The translations under genes and the position numbers were made by a program. A DNA stretch of 64,000 bases, from NCBI GenBank assembly GCA_052390515.1, contig JBQTGV010000058.1, positions 1 to 64,000 on the forward strand, written 5' to 3'. The notes under the pieces were generated by a model. That model ran no database searches and had not been told where the DNA came from. It saw only the letters and a program-made list of their open reading frames with translations. The DNA is from Candidatus Eiseniibacteriota bacterium (lineage in GTDB: Bacteria; ARS69). Of this stretch, positions 1-9,586 are shown one piece after another (position 1 is the stretch's first letter; the number at the start of each line of letters is the position of its first letter).

Positions 1-164
1 GGGGCCCGCCGGCCCCCGCCGGCTCCCCCCCCCTCTCCGCCCAACCACCACGCGGGCTGCGAACCTACCACGCGGCCGGCCCGTGTCCGCGCCGCGACCG
101 AGGGGGGTATGGAGGGGCGAGGGCGAGGAGGTCGGCGCGGGATCGCGTAGAATCGGGGACGCCG

Positions 165-767
165 ATGGCCGTCTCCGATCGTCCGAACCAGCCGCTCCCC
201 GTCGAGCCGGGTCCCTCGACCCGGTCGCTCGTGCTCGGCGCCCAGGCCGGCAGCCGCGAGGCGCTGGAGGATCTTTACCGCCGGTATCTGCCGAGGCTGC
301 GGCGGTGGGCGCGCGGCCGGCTGCCGCACCGCGGCCGCGGGGCCGCGGACACGGAGGATCTCGTGCAGGACGTCCTGATGCGCACGCTGCACCGCCTCCC
401 CGACCTTCGCCCCGAGGGCGGGGGGTTCTTCCAGTCGTACACGCGTCAGGCGCTGCTCCATGCGATCGCCAACCAGGTGCGCAACGCCAAGGAGCGTGCC
501 CCGTCCGCGGCGCTGGCGGCGGAAGCGGCGCCGGGCCCCTCGCCGCTGGAGGCGCTGATCGGCCGCGAGGCGATGGAGCGCTACGAGCGCGGGCTGGCCC
601 GGCTGGATCCCGAGGAGCGCGAGCTCGTCGCCTGCCGGCTGGAGCTGCGGTTGAGCTGGGAGGAGATCGCGCGGGAGCGGGAACTGCCCTCGGCGGACGC
701 GGCGCGCATGGCGACGAAACGCGCGGTGGCGCGGCTCGCGCGGGAGATGTCCGTTGGGAACGCATGA
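165..767 (+). CDS. ECF sigma-70 family RNA polymerase sigma factor (kinase-associated)
   Basis: Region 2 'LYRRYLPRLRRWARGRL...DTEDLVQD' and region 4 'LARLDPEERELV...LSWEEIA'; overlaps the start of the downstream Ser/Thr kinase. Confidence 0.9.
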   Translation: MAVSDRPNQPLPVEPGPSTRSLVLGAQAGSREALEDLYRRYLPRLRRWARGRLPHRGRGAADTEDLVQDVLMRTLHRLPDLRPEGGGFFQSYTRQALLHAIANQVRNAKERAPSAALAAEAAPGPSPLEALIGREAMERYERGLARLDPEERELVACRLELRLSWEEIARERELPSADAARMATKRAVARLAREMSVGNA

Positions 768-3429
768 CGAGCTGCTGGATGCCCTGGCCGGCGACGTCGT
801 CGACGGCGTCCCGCTCTCCGCGGACGACGCTCGCTTGACTTCGGCCGGCGTCGAGGCGGACGTCGCCTCGAACCTGCGCGTGCTCTCCGCCGTGGCCGCG
901 CTCGGCGGTCCGACCGACGACGAGCCCGCGCTCCCGCTGCCGCGGATGCTCGGCGCCTACGAGCTGGTCGAGCGGATCGGCGCGGGAGGCATGGGCGAGG
1001 TGTACCGCGCGCGCCAGCTCCGTCCGCTGCGCCGCGAGGTCGCGGTGAAGCTGCTGCGCGCGAACGTCGACGCCGGTTTCGTGCTGTCGCGGTTCGAGGC
1101 CGAGAGGCAGACGCTCGCCGCCCTCGACGACGACGGCATCGCCCGCGTGTACGACGCCGGCGCGGACGAGGACGGCCGCCCGTACTTCGTGATGGAACTG
1201 GTGCGCGGCATCCCCATCCACGAGTACTGCGAACTCCACCGCCTCTCCGCCCCGGAGCGCATCCGGATCTTCGCCGAGGTGTGCCGTGCCGTGCCGCACG
1301 CGCACCAGCGCGGCATCATCCACCGCGATCTGAAGTCCTCGAACGTGCTGGTGGCCGCCGCCGAGGGCCGCGCGGTCCCCAAGGTGATCGACTTCGGCGT
1401 CGCCAAAGCGCAGCACGAAGACGAGGACGCGGCGAGGCGCACCCAGGCCGGGCAGGTGCTGGGCACGCCGGAGTACATGAGCCCCGAGCAGCTCGACGCG
1501 CCGGCCACAGTGGACGTCCGCGCCGACGTGTTCTCGCTGGGCGTCCTCCTGTACGAGCTCCTCGCCGGCGCGCTTCCGGTCCGCTCCGGCGAGCTTCGCA
1601 GCGGCGGGCTCGCCCAGCTCGTGGCGGTGATCCGCGAGCGAGTGCCGGCGCCGCCGAGCCTGCTTCACCCGCGCATTCCGCGGGAGCTCGACTGGATCAC
1701 CATGAAGGCGCTGGAGAAGGATCGCACGCGCCGCTACGGATCGCCGATGGAGCTGGCCGACGACCTGCTGCGTCACCTCCGCCACGAGCCGGTGCTCGCC
1801 GGGCCGCCGAGCGCGACCTACCGGCTGCGCAAGTTCGCGCGGCGGCACCGCACGCTGGTGACGGCCGCGGCAACGCTCTCCCTGGCTCTCGTCGGCGGGT
1901 TGATCACGACGACGCTACAGGCCCGCCGCGCCCTGCGCGCGGAGGCCCGCGCCGTCGAGTCCGCCGCCGCGGCGCGGGAGGTGAACCGCTTCCTCGCGGA
2001 TCTGCTGGCGCAGGCGAACCCCGAGGAGAACCCCCGGGGGCGCGACATGACCGTCGCGGAGGCGCTGGACGGCGCCGCCGCGCGGGTGGACGGGGCGTTC
2101 GACGACCAGCCGCTCGTCGAGGCGGAGATCCGGCGCACGATCGGCGCGGCCTACGATGCGCTGGGGCGGGTGGATGGCGCGGCCGCGCAACTGCAGCGCG
2201 CCGTCGAGCTGACCGCTCGGCACGGAAGCGCGACGGAGCGGATCACGGCGCTGGACGCGCTGGCCCTGGCCCGGGAGCGCGCCGGCCGGAGCGAAGACGC
2301 CGTCGCCGCCGCGCGCGAGGCCGCTCGGATCGCGGCGGACTCGCTCCCCCGAGGCGACGACGCCGCGGTGGCGGCGCGCATCGCGCTGGCGAGGGTCTTG
2401 CTGCGCGCGGGCGGTCACGCCGAGGCGGACTCGCTCTTCCGCGAGGCGCTGGCCGCCGGTCGGGATGAGTCCAGCGGAGATGCCCTCACCCGATCACGGC
2501 GCGTGCACGAGTACGCGAGCCTGCTGGCGGATCTCGGCCGCTTCGAGGAAGCGGAAACTGTGTATCGAGAGAGCGCCGGCGGCATGCGCGCGGCGCTCGG
2601 TGACCGCCATCCCGACGTGATCCGCGGCACGACCAACCTCGCCGCCTTCCTGCATCAGGTGGGAAAGGCGGGCGAGGCGGAGAGCCTCTTCGCGGTGGCA
2701 TCGGACGCCGCGCGGACGACGCTCGGCGAGCGGCACCCCGACTACGCCATCGCGCGGATGGGCGCGGGCGCGGCGTGGATCTCGCTGGGGCGGCTCGAGC
2801 AGGCCGAGGCCGCGCTCCGCGAGGCGCTCGCTGTGTTCCGAGCGGCTTACGACGACGGGCACCCCAACGTGGCGCGGACCTGCGGGTACCTGGGGGACGC
2901 GCTGCAACAGCAGGGAAAGCTGGACGAGGCGACCGCGGCGTTCCGGGAAGCGCTGGAGATCCAGACGGCCGCGTTCGGCTCGGAGCACGCCGAGACGTTC
3001 ACCGCCGCGAACAACCTGGCGAGCGCGTTGCGGCTGCACGGCGAGTACGCCGAGGCCGAGCGGCTCTTCCGCGGGGCGCGAGCGAGCGCCGCGCGCATCT
3101 TCGGCGAGGAGAGCTTCCAGGCGGCCGTCGTGTCGCACAATCTGGCGAAGACGCTGGCGGAGGTCGGCCGCCTGCGCGAGGCGGAGGTGGAGTACGGCCG
3201 CGCGCTCGACCTGGCTGCGCGCACCCTGCCACCGGGTCATCCGAACCTCGCCATCTTCTCGGGCAACTTCGGGGAGCTGCTGCTCCGGCAGCGTCGTTTC
3301 GCCGCCGCCGAGAGCGTGCTGGCGTCATCGCTCGGGGCGCTGGAGGCGGCACTCGGGACGGAGCACCCGCGCACGGCGCAGGTGGTGGAGTGGCTGGCAG
3401 CCGCCCGCGCGGGAGGCGCGGCGCGGTGA
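754..3429 (+). CDS. Ser/Thr protein kinase with TM segment and C-terminal TPR repeats
   Basis: IGAGGMGEVY, VAVK, HRDLKSSN, DFG, GTPEYMSPEQ; hydrophobic helix LVTAAATLSLALVGGLITT; repeated 'LG..HP' TPR units; TTG start inferred. Confidence 0.92.
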   Translation: MGTHDELLDALAGDVVDGVPLSADDARLTSAGVEADVASNLRVLSAVAALGGPTDDEPALPLPRMLGAYELVERIGAGGMGEVYRARQLRPLRREVAVKLLRANVDAGFVLSRFEAERQTLAALDDDGIARVYDAGADEDGRPYFVMELVRGIPIHEYCELHRLSAPERIRIFAEVCRAVPHAHQRGIIHRDLKSSNVLVAAAEGRAVPKVIDFGVAKAQHEDEDAARRTQAGQVLGTPEYMSPEQLDAPATVDVRADVFSLGVLLYELLAGALPVRSGELRSGGLAQLVAVIRERVPAPPSLLHPRIPRELDWITMKALEKDRTRRYGSPMELADDLLRHLRHEPVLAGPPSATYRLRKFARRHRTLVTAAATLSLALVGGLITTTLQARRALRAEARAVESAAAAREVNRFLADLLAQANPEENPRGRDMTVAEALDGAAARVDGAFDDQPLVEAEIRRTIGAAYDALGRVDGAAAQLQRAVELTARHGSATERITALDALALARERAGRSEDAVAAAREAARIAADSLPRGDDAAVAARIALARVLLRAGGHAEADSLFREALAAGRDESSGDALTRSRRVHEYASLLADLGRFEEAETVYRESAGGMRAALGDRHPDVIRGTTNLAAFLHQVGKAGEAESLFAVASDAARTTLGERHPDYAIARMGAGAAWISLGRLEQAEAALREALAVFRAAYDDGHPNVARTCGYLGDALQQQGKLDEATAAFREALEIQTAAFGSEHAETFTAANNLASALRLHGEYAEAERLFRGARASAARIFGEESFQAAVVSHNLAKTLAEVGRLREAEVEYGRALDLAARTLPPGHPNLAIFSGNFGELLLRQRRFAAAESVLASSLGALEAALGTEHPRTAQVVEWLAAARAGGAAR

Positions 3430-3441
3430 GGCACCGGCGCC

Positions 3442-4986
3442 TCAGCCGCCGTGCGACCTCCGCCAGATCTCCCGCACCGTGTCGATCGTGTCCGCCTCGG
3501 CGGCCGTCTTGTCGCCGCGGTAGCGCTTCACCCGCGCGAGCCGAAGCGCGAGCCCCGCGGGATAGCGCGGGCTCGTCTGAACGTCGGCGAAGGCGATCTC
3601 GGCGACGAGCTCGGGGCGGACGTGCACGGTGTAGTCGTCGCGGCCGATCTCCCGCGCGAGGAACTGCTCGGTCTGCCACGCCAGCATCTCGTCGGTCAGG
3701 CCCTTGAACGTCTTCCCCAGCATCACGAACGTGTTCGCCTGCGCGTCCCGCGCGCCGAGGTGCAGGTTGCTCAGCCAACCCTCGCGGCGGCCGCTGCCCC
3801 ACTCCGCCCCCAGGATCACGAGATCCAGCGTGTGCGCCGGCTTGATCTTCATCCAGCCCACGCCGCGGCTGCCGGCCTCGTACGGCGCGGTCCGCGACTT
3901 GGCCATGATGCCTTCGTGGCCGCGCGCGATCGCTTGCTCGTGGAAGGCGGCCGCCGCCGCGGCGGCGCTGGTGACGATCCGCCCCGGCACGCGCTGATCC
4001 GCGGGGACGATCCGCTCCAGCTCGGACGCGCGTCGCTCCTGCGGTTCGTCGATGAGCGCGGCGCCGTCCACGTGCAGCACGTCGAAGAAGAAGGGCGAAA
4101 GTGGGAGCGTCTCGCGCAGCTTCTCCACCTCGAGCTTCCGCCCGAAGCGGCGCATGGTGACCTGGAAGGGGTGCGGCGTGCCGTCCGCGCGCATGGCGAT
4201 GGCCTCGCCGTCGAGGATGAGCCGGCGGGGGGGGAGACTCCGCACGCAGGCCACGATCTCGGGCAGTGCCGGGGTCACCTCGCGCAGGTGTCGGGTGTAG
4301 ATGCGGACCTCGTCGCCGTCCTTGTGCGCCTGGATGCGCGCGCCGTCCAGCTTGTACTCGAGCGCGGCCTCGCCGAGCGCCTCCATCGCCGCCGCCACGT
4401 CCTCCGCCGGCTGCGCCAGCATCGGGCGGACGGGGTGGAAGAGACGCACGGCGAAGCGCGAGCGGCCCGATGCGCCCTCGGTGAGCGCCGCCGCCGCCAC
4501 CGCGGCGAGCGCCCCCTCCGCCATCATCGCGCGCCGCACCGCCGCCGCGGGGAGGTTCGCCGCCTCCGCCACCGCCTCCGCCATGATCCCCTCGAGCGCG
4601 CCTTGGCGCAGCTCGCCGAAGACGAGGCGGGCCAGGAAGCGCTGCTCGTCGGCCGTGGCACGAGCGAAGAGCTCGTGGAGCAGCCGGCCCTTCTCGGTCG
4701 CGGATCCCTTCCCGGACGCGGAGGCGATCCGCGCGAACGCGGCGTCCACGTCGTGGAGCGTCAAGGAAGAAGCCGGCGACGCCGCATCGGGGAACGCCTT
4801 GCGGATGGCGGACGGCCCGAGCCCGATCCTTCCCTGCGGCAGTTCTCCGGCCAGGTAGGAAACCGCGATCGCCGTCTCGTGCTTCTCCGTCCGGCGCAGC
4901 AGGTCGGCGAGAAGGGCGATCTTCGCCTTGCGCCCCGACGTGGCCGCCACGGCGGCCGACACGTCGACCAGGGTGGAGAGTTGCAT
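3442..4986 (-). CDS. ATP-dependent DNA ligase (LigB/archaeal-like, with N-terminal DNA-binding domain)
   Basis: Motif I EYKLDGARIQ, LDGEA, FDVL, EGIMAK, WMKIK, LRLARVKRYRGDK; start placed at MQLSTL (ATG 4986), not at the longer ORF start. Confidence 0.92.
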   Translation of the reverse strand: MQLSTLVDVSAAVAATSGRKAKIALLADLLRRTEKHETAIAVSYLAGELPQGRIGLGPSAIRKAFPDAASPASSLTLHDVDAAFARIASASGKGSATEKGRLLHELFARATADEQRFLARLVFGELRQGALEGIMAEAVAEAANLPAAAVRRAMMAEGALAAVAAAALTEGASGRSRFAVRLFHPVRPMLAQPAEDVAAAMEALGEAALEYKLDGARIQAHKDGDEVRIYTRHLREVTPALPEIVACVRSLPPRRLILDGEAIAMRADGTPHPFQVTMRRFGRKLEVEKLRETLPLSPFFFDVLHVDGAALIDEPQERRASELERIVPADQRVPGRIVTSAAAAAAAFHEQAIARGHEGIMAKSRTAPYEAGSRGVGWMKIKPAHTLDLVILGAEWGSGRREGWLSNLHLGARDAQANTFVMLGKTFKGLTDEMLAWQTEQFLAREIGRDDYTVHVRPELVAEIAFADVQTSPRYPAGLALRLARVKRYRGDKTAAEADTIDTVREIWRRSHGG

Positions 4987-5170
4987 GGTCCCTCGTGTAC
5001 GCCAGGGTGCGGCCGCACCGCTGCCGACCGGGCACGGGCGGTGGACGCACGAGTCAGCGCCGCCTAGACTTGGTAACATGGACTCGAACTCAAGCGCACC
5101 GCCAGACCTGCTGGCCGTGGCCGACCTCGAGGCTCTCCTCGAGGAACGCGAGCGCGGCGGATAGCGAAGA

Positions 5171-6736
5171 CTAACGCCGCGGCGGCGCCCCCACCCGCGC
5201 GGCGAGCTCGCTCTTGAGCGCCGCCACGCGCGCCTCCACCTCGTCGAGTTCCCGCCGGATCCGCTCGTCGTCGAACCGACCCGCCTCCGCCTGCTCCGCC
5301 GCGATCTCGGCACCGGACAGGGCCGCCCGACCCGGAGCCTCGCGGTCGTCGGGGCCCGCATTCGCCAACACGGGGTCGACCGTGCCGTACGCCGTCGGGA
5401 AGTACACGAGGTTCAGGGTCGTCTCGCGGGCCTCGAAGCCGCCGGCCGATTCCTGTCCCACGATATAGAACGTGCGGGCGCCCGCCGTGACGGCAAACAC
5501 CGCGCTGGAGTGGAAAGGAAGGAAGTAACTGCTGCTCGGCAGCAGGCTGGGCAGGATGAAGTCGATGTCCTGCGCCGTGCCGAAGCTCACGCCATCGTCG
5601 GAGAGACCGAAGATCCCGATGGACTGGGTGCCAGAGGTGTGCGTGATGGCGACCTGCAGAGAGGCCATGGCCAGCACCCATCCGTCCGCCGGGACGGTGA
5701 TGGTCCGCGAGATGATCACCTGCACGCCACCGGTCAGCGCGATGTTGCTGTCGAAGGCGCGGCAGGCCACGCCGGGCTCCGTCGCCGTCTCGGAGGCGTT
5801 GACCGACGCGGCGGGAAGCTGCACGGCGGCGTCGCCGGTCGTCGTGCCGAGCAAGGAGATCACCGGCTGGGAGGCGGAGTCGTACGCGGCGAGGTCGCCG
5901 CCGAAGCTCGACCAGCTCATCTGCATGGCCGGCTGGAAGCTCGGCGTGAGCATGTTCATGGTGCCGGGCGAGATGTTGCCGTCGGTGGCCGCGATCGAGA
6001 GCGCGTTGCCGCTCCCGCCGTTGCCGCCGCTCATGAACAGGTAGGCATTGCCTCTGGGCAGTCCGAACGTCTGATGCTCGAACATGAAGTCGATGTTGGG
6101 CGTCGCGTTTCCGGCGACTCCCATGTGCAGCGCCGTGTCGAACGTCTCCTGCGCCGTGCGCAGGTCCACCATGGTCTGCGGCGCTGTCGTGCCGACACCC
6201 ACGCGTCCCGTGGTGCGGTAGATGTCGCCGCCGCTGATGGTCCAGTCGCCGTCGTCCGCCGCGCCGGTCACGGCGGCCGAGTCGGCCACGGCCGCGCGGA
6301 ACGCGAACGGCGACGTGCGCAGCTCGGTGCGCGGAAGTTCCGCGGCGCCGTTCACGGCCACACCGAGCCAGCGCGGGAGGGCCGCGAACAGGCCGGCACC
6401 GAGCGGGGTGACCTGCCCGAGCGCCACGCCGAACACGCCCTGGGACACACTCACGCCGAGCTGCGTCTCGCTCCAGAGGCTGGCGCCACCGGTCGGGGTG
6501 CTGTAGAGCGCGAACGCCAGGTTCACCGTTCCGTTGATCGGAGTGCCGGTGGAGTCGGCCAGGAACCCCTGGAAGGCCATGGTGGACGGAACCGCGAGGA
6601 CCTGCGCGGGAACGGGGACCGTGGCAGGGGCCTCGACGTCGCCGGCCGGCGCGGCGGCAGAAGCTCCCGCCCAGATCAGCAGTCCCGCGGCGCAGTACGC
6701 ACTACCGGTGTGGATCCGTCGCGACGGCGAGTTCAT
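5171..6736 (-). CDS. Secreted fibre/adhesin-like hypothetical protein with C-terminal coiled coil
   Basis: Signal peptide; N-domain 'FQGFLADSTGTPINGTVNLAFALY...LWSETQ...PRTELRTSPFAF'; 'GDIYRTTGRVGVGTTAP' motif seen in fibre-like proteins; terminal heptads IRRELDEVEARVAALKSEL. Confidence 0.6.
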   Translation of the reverse strand: MNSPSRRIHTGSAYCAAGLLIWAGASAAAPAGDVEAPATVPVPAQVLAVPSTMAFQGFLADSTGTPINGTVNLAFALYSTPTGGASLWSETQLGVSVSQGVFGVALGQVTPLGAGLFAALPRWLGVAVNGAAELPRTELRTSPFAFRAAVADSAAVTGAADDGDWTISGGDIYRTTGRVGVGTTAPQTMVDLRTAQETFDTALHMGVAGNATPNIDFMFEHQTFGLPRGNAYLFMSGGNGGSGNALSIAATDGNISPGTMNMLTPSFQPAMQMSWSSFGGDLAAYDSASQPVISLLGTTTGDAAVQLPAASVNASETATEPGVACRAFDSNIALTGGVQVIISRTITVPADGWVLAMASLQVAITHTSGTQSIGIFGLSDDGVSFGTAQDIDFILPSLLPSSSYFLPFHSSAVFAVTAGARTFYIVGQESAGGFEARETTLNLVYFPTAYGTVDPVLANAGPDDREAPGRAALSGAEIAAEQAEAGRFDDERIRRELDEVEARVAALKSELAARVGAPPRR

Positions 6737-6879
6737 GGCTCCCTCCGATTGGTCCAGGCGCGGCGGGGCCGCCGCTGCGTCGCAGCATAGCAGACCGCAC
6801 CCGGGGAAACGAAGTCCGGAGCCAAAGTGCCTCTCCCCGTGTCGTGTGTCGCAAGTGTCCTGCGGTTCCAGCGTGGGCG

Positions 6880-9267
6880 TCAGCGGATGACGAGCATCCG
6901 CCGGGTGACAGACTCGTCACCCACTTGCAGGCGGCAGAGGTACACTCCGCTGGGCAGGCCAGCGGTGTCAAATGCCACGTCGTGCGGCCCGGGTTCGCTC
7001 CAGCGGCTCCGCACGGGAGTCGCCACCCGGCGGCCCGCCACGTCGAACACGTCCATCCGGATCCGTGCTGCACTCGAAAGTGTAAAGCGGATCGACGTCG
7101 CCGACCCGAACGGGTTGGGAGAGTTCTCCAGCCGCAGCGTAGAAGTGGGTGTTGGTCCCGGATCCGGTGGCGTTACCGGGCCGCCCATCACTGCTCTGCC
7201 GACCGCCCCGACGTTGTTGCGCCACGATCCACCAAGGGTCGTGAACCCCCCGCCGACGTACACCGTCGAGCTCGTCAGGGCAATGTCGAGGACTCCACCG
7301 TCTGCGCCCGGGTTCCATGCGGTCGGAGTACCGGTCGTGGCATCGAAAGCAGCCACGCGGCTCCGCGCCACGCCTCCGATAGTGGTGAAGGACCCTCCCA
7401 CGTAGACCGTGGAGCCGCTCACCTCCAGCACCTCGGGTATCGCGTTCGGATTCGGGTTCCAGGAGGTGACCGTCCCGTCAACGGCATCGACCGCGGCGAG
7501 GTAGTTGCGCGCTTGACCGCCGATGCGATTGAAGGATCCACCGACCAACACCGTCGAACCGCTCACCGCCAGCTCATTGACTTGCCACTCGCTTCCCGGG
7601 TTCCAGTTCGTTGCAGAGCCGGTCAGCGCGTCGAGTGCAGCGATGCAACTGCGTGACTGTCCTCCGATAGTGGTGAAGCCGCCACCCGCGTATACCGTCG
7701 AGCCGCTCAGTGCAAGGGCGTAAACGAGGGTGCTCGCGTTCGGATCCCAGTCTGTGGCCATCCCCGTAGTGATATCGAGCGCAGCGATGTAGCTGCGCGT
7801 CTGGCCACCGATACTGGTGAAAGCACCGGCCACGTACACGGTCGAGTCAGTTGCTACCAAGTCATAGATCAGGCTGTTTGCGTTCGGATCCCAGCTTGTC
7901 GCCACCCCTGTATCGGGATCGAGCGCTGCGATTCGGCTTCGGGGTTGACCGCCAATGTTCGTGAAGTACCCGCACGCGTAGACGGTCTGACCATGCGATA
8001 CTACCAGTTCCACTTGGTAGTCGGCGTTCGGATTCCAGTCGGTGACTCGCCCCGTGGTCGCATCGAACGCCGCGACTCCGTTCCGCGTCTCTCCGCCTAC
8101 GCTGATGAACCACCCACCCGCATAAACGGTAGAGCCCGCCACGGCAACGGCCGACACCGTGGTGTTGGCGCCCGGATCCCAGGCTGTGGCTGACCCGGAG
8201 TCGACATCGAGCGCAGCAATCCGGTTCCGTGGCTGTCCACCGATACTGGTGAATGATCCCCCCGCGTACACGATCGAGCCGTCTACGGCCAGTGCGCCCA
8301 CAGTGTTGCTCGCGTGTGGATCCCAGGTAGTGGCCACGCCGGTCGCGACGTCAAGCGCAGCGATACAGTTGCGAGCCTGCCCACCGATGCTCGTGAACGA
8401 CCCGCCCACGTACACGATCGAGTCCGTGACGGCCAAGGCGTGGACCCGGTAGCTCGCGCTCGGGTTCCAGGCCGTCACGGCGCCCGTTGCAGCATCGATG
8501 GCGGCGATGTAGGCGCGTGGCTGACCTCCCACGGAGAGGAACGTCCCTCCAACGTACAGCGTCGGGCCGCCTAGCGCGAGGGCCTGGACAACTGGGTTGG
8601 CAATGGGATTCCAGGCCGTGCTGAGCCCCGTAGAGAGGTCCAACTGAGCAATGAAGTTGCGGGGCAGCCCGCCGATGCTGGTGAACGACCCTCCAACGTA
8701 GACTGTCGATCCCTGTATCACCATGGCCGAGACGGTGCCGTTGGAATTGGGATTCCACGGAGTGACCGCCCCCGACGTTGCGTCGATTGCGGCGATGTGA
8801 CTCCGTTGCTGCCCGCCGACGTTACCGAAGGACCCCCCCGCATAGACGGTAGAACCGTCGATCGCAAGTGTCGTGACTGCAGCATCCGCACCCGGATTCC
8901 ATGCGGAGACCGAGAGGTCGCGTCCCACGTGTGCGAGGTTCGATCGTGAAACCCCTCCCACGGTCGTGAAGCTGCCACCGATGAACCAACCTCCCGCGCC
9001 ATCAGCGGTCACGGCAGAAACCCGACCCACGATCTTCGGGAACGAAGCGGGCGGCTCACCGCTCGTCGTACTCAGGGGCACGCCTGCCCCGGTTTGTGGT
9101 CCTACGTACTTGAAATTCCCGCCGATGTAGACCGTCTTTCCGATGACCGCGACCCCGCGCACCGTCCCGTCAGCAACCCACAACTTACCATTCGTGATGA
9201 CCTGGGCGGTGCCCTGCCGACTGGACAACAAGAGCAACAGGACGAGCACGCAACGGAGCAGTTGCAT
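6880..9267 (-). CDS. Secreted beta-propeller repeat protein with FlgD-Ig/T9SS-like C-terminal domain
   Basis: Signal peptide; 12 W[ND]P-anchored ~48-aa repeats (ALAVxGSTVYxGGxFTSIGGQxRxxIAALD); C-terminal 'PNPF...VFDVAGRRV...LPSGVYLCRL'. Confidence 0.85.
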   Translation of the reverse strand: MQLLRCVLVLLLLLSSRQGTAQVITNGKLWVADGTVRGVAVIGKTVYIGGNFKYVGPQTGAGVPLSTTSGEPPASFPKIVGRVSAVTADGAGGWFIGGSFTTVGGVSRSNLAHVGRDLSVSAWNPGADAAVTTLAIDGSTVYAGGSFGNVGGQQRSHIAAIDATSGAVTPWNPNSNGTVSAMVIQGSTVYVGGSFTSIGGLPRNFIAQLDLSTGLSTAWNPIANPVVQALALGGPTLYVGGTFLSVGGQPRAYIAAIDAATGAVTAWNPSASYRVHALAVTDSIVYVGGSFTSIGGQARNCIAALDVATGVATTWDPHASNTVGALAVDGSIVYAGGSFTSIGGQPRNRIAALDVDSGSATAWDPGANTTVSAVAVAGSTVYAGGWFISVGGETRNGVAAFDATTGRVTDWNPNADYQVELVVSHGQTVYACGYFTNIGGQPRSRIAALDPDTGVATSWDPNANSLIYDLVATDSTVYVAGAFTSIGGQTRSYIAALDITTGMATDWDPNASTLVYALALSGSTVYAGGGFTTIGGQSRSCIAALDALTGSATNWNPGSEWQVNELAVSGSTVLVGGSFNRIGGQARNYLAAVDAVDGTVTSWNPNPNAIPEVLEVSGSTVYVGGSFTTIGGVARSRVAAFDATTGTPTAWNPGADGGVLDIALTSSTVYVGGGFTTLGGSWRNNVGAVGRAVMGGPVTPPDPGPTPTSTLRLENSPNPFGSATSIRFTLSSAARIRMDVFDVAGRRVATPVRSRWSEPGPHDVAFDTAGLPSGVYLCRLQVGDESVTRRMLVIR

Positions 9268-9586
9268 ACGTCATCGGCGCCTGCAAACGACTTGTCGGCG
9301 CTGGTCAATGCCCGCTCGAGAGCCGTGGCATCCAGCTGCACTCATTCTACTCGCCGCGAACAGCAGAGGCGAGGGCTGAAGTGGATCAGGACCCACTGCC
9401 GAGGGCCTCGGCGCCAGGAGCAGCGACGGGCAGACGGCTGGCAGCCTCTCCGAGCGTGGTGCGCAGCCGCTGACGCTAGGGTCCGTTGTGCCGGCCGCAA
9501 TCCGGGCACTTCGACGCCATGGCGGCGGTTCGCCCCCGATTGCGTTCTCCAGGGTGCAGAGCCCCTTCATCCGCCGAGAGGGAACC

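Noticed and set aside
4987-5361. N-terminal extensions in the ORF track (ligase, ECFs, ArsS, PPIase, sulfotransferase)
   Set aside because: They overlap neighbouring genes or promoters; downstream starts fit RBS, stop-start overlaps and domain boundaries better
7200-8950. Regular ~144-bp periodicity suggesting a CRISPR-like array
   Set aside because: Degenerate protein-coding beta-propeller repeats; no identical DNA repeats, spacers or cas genes
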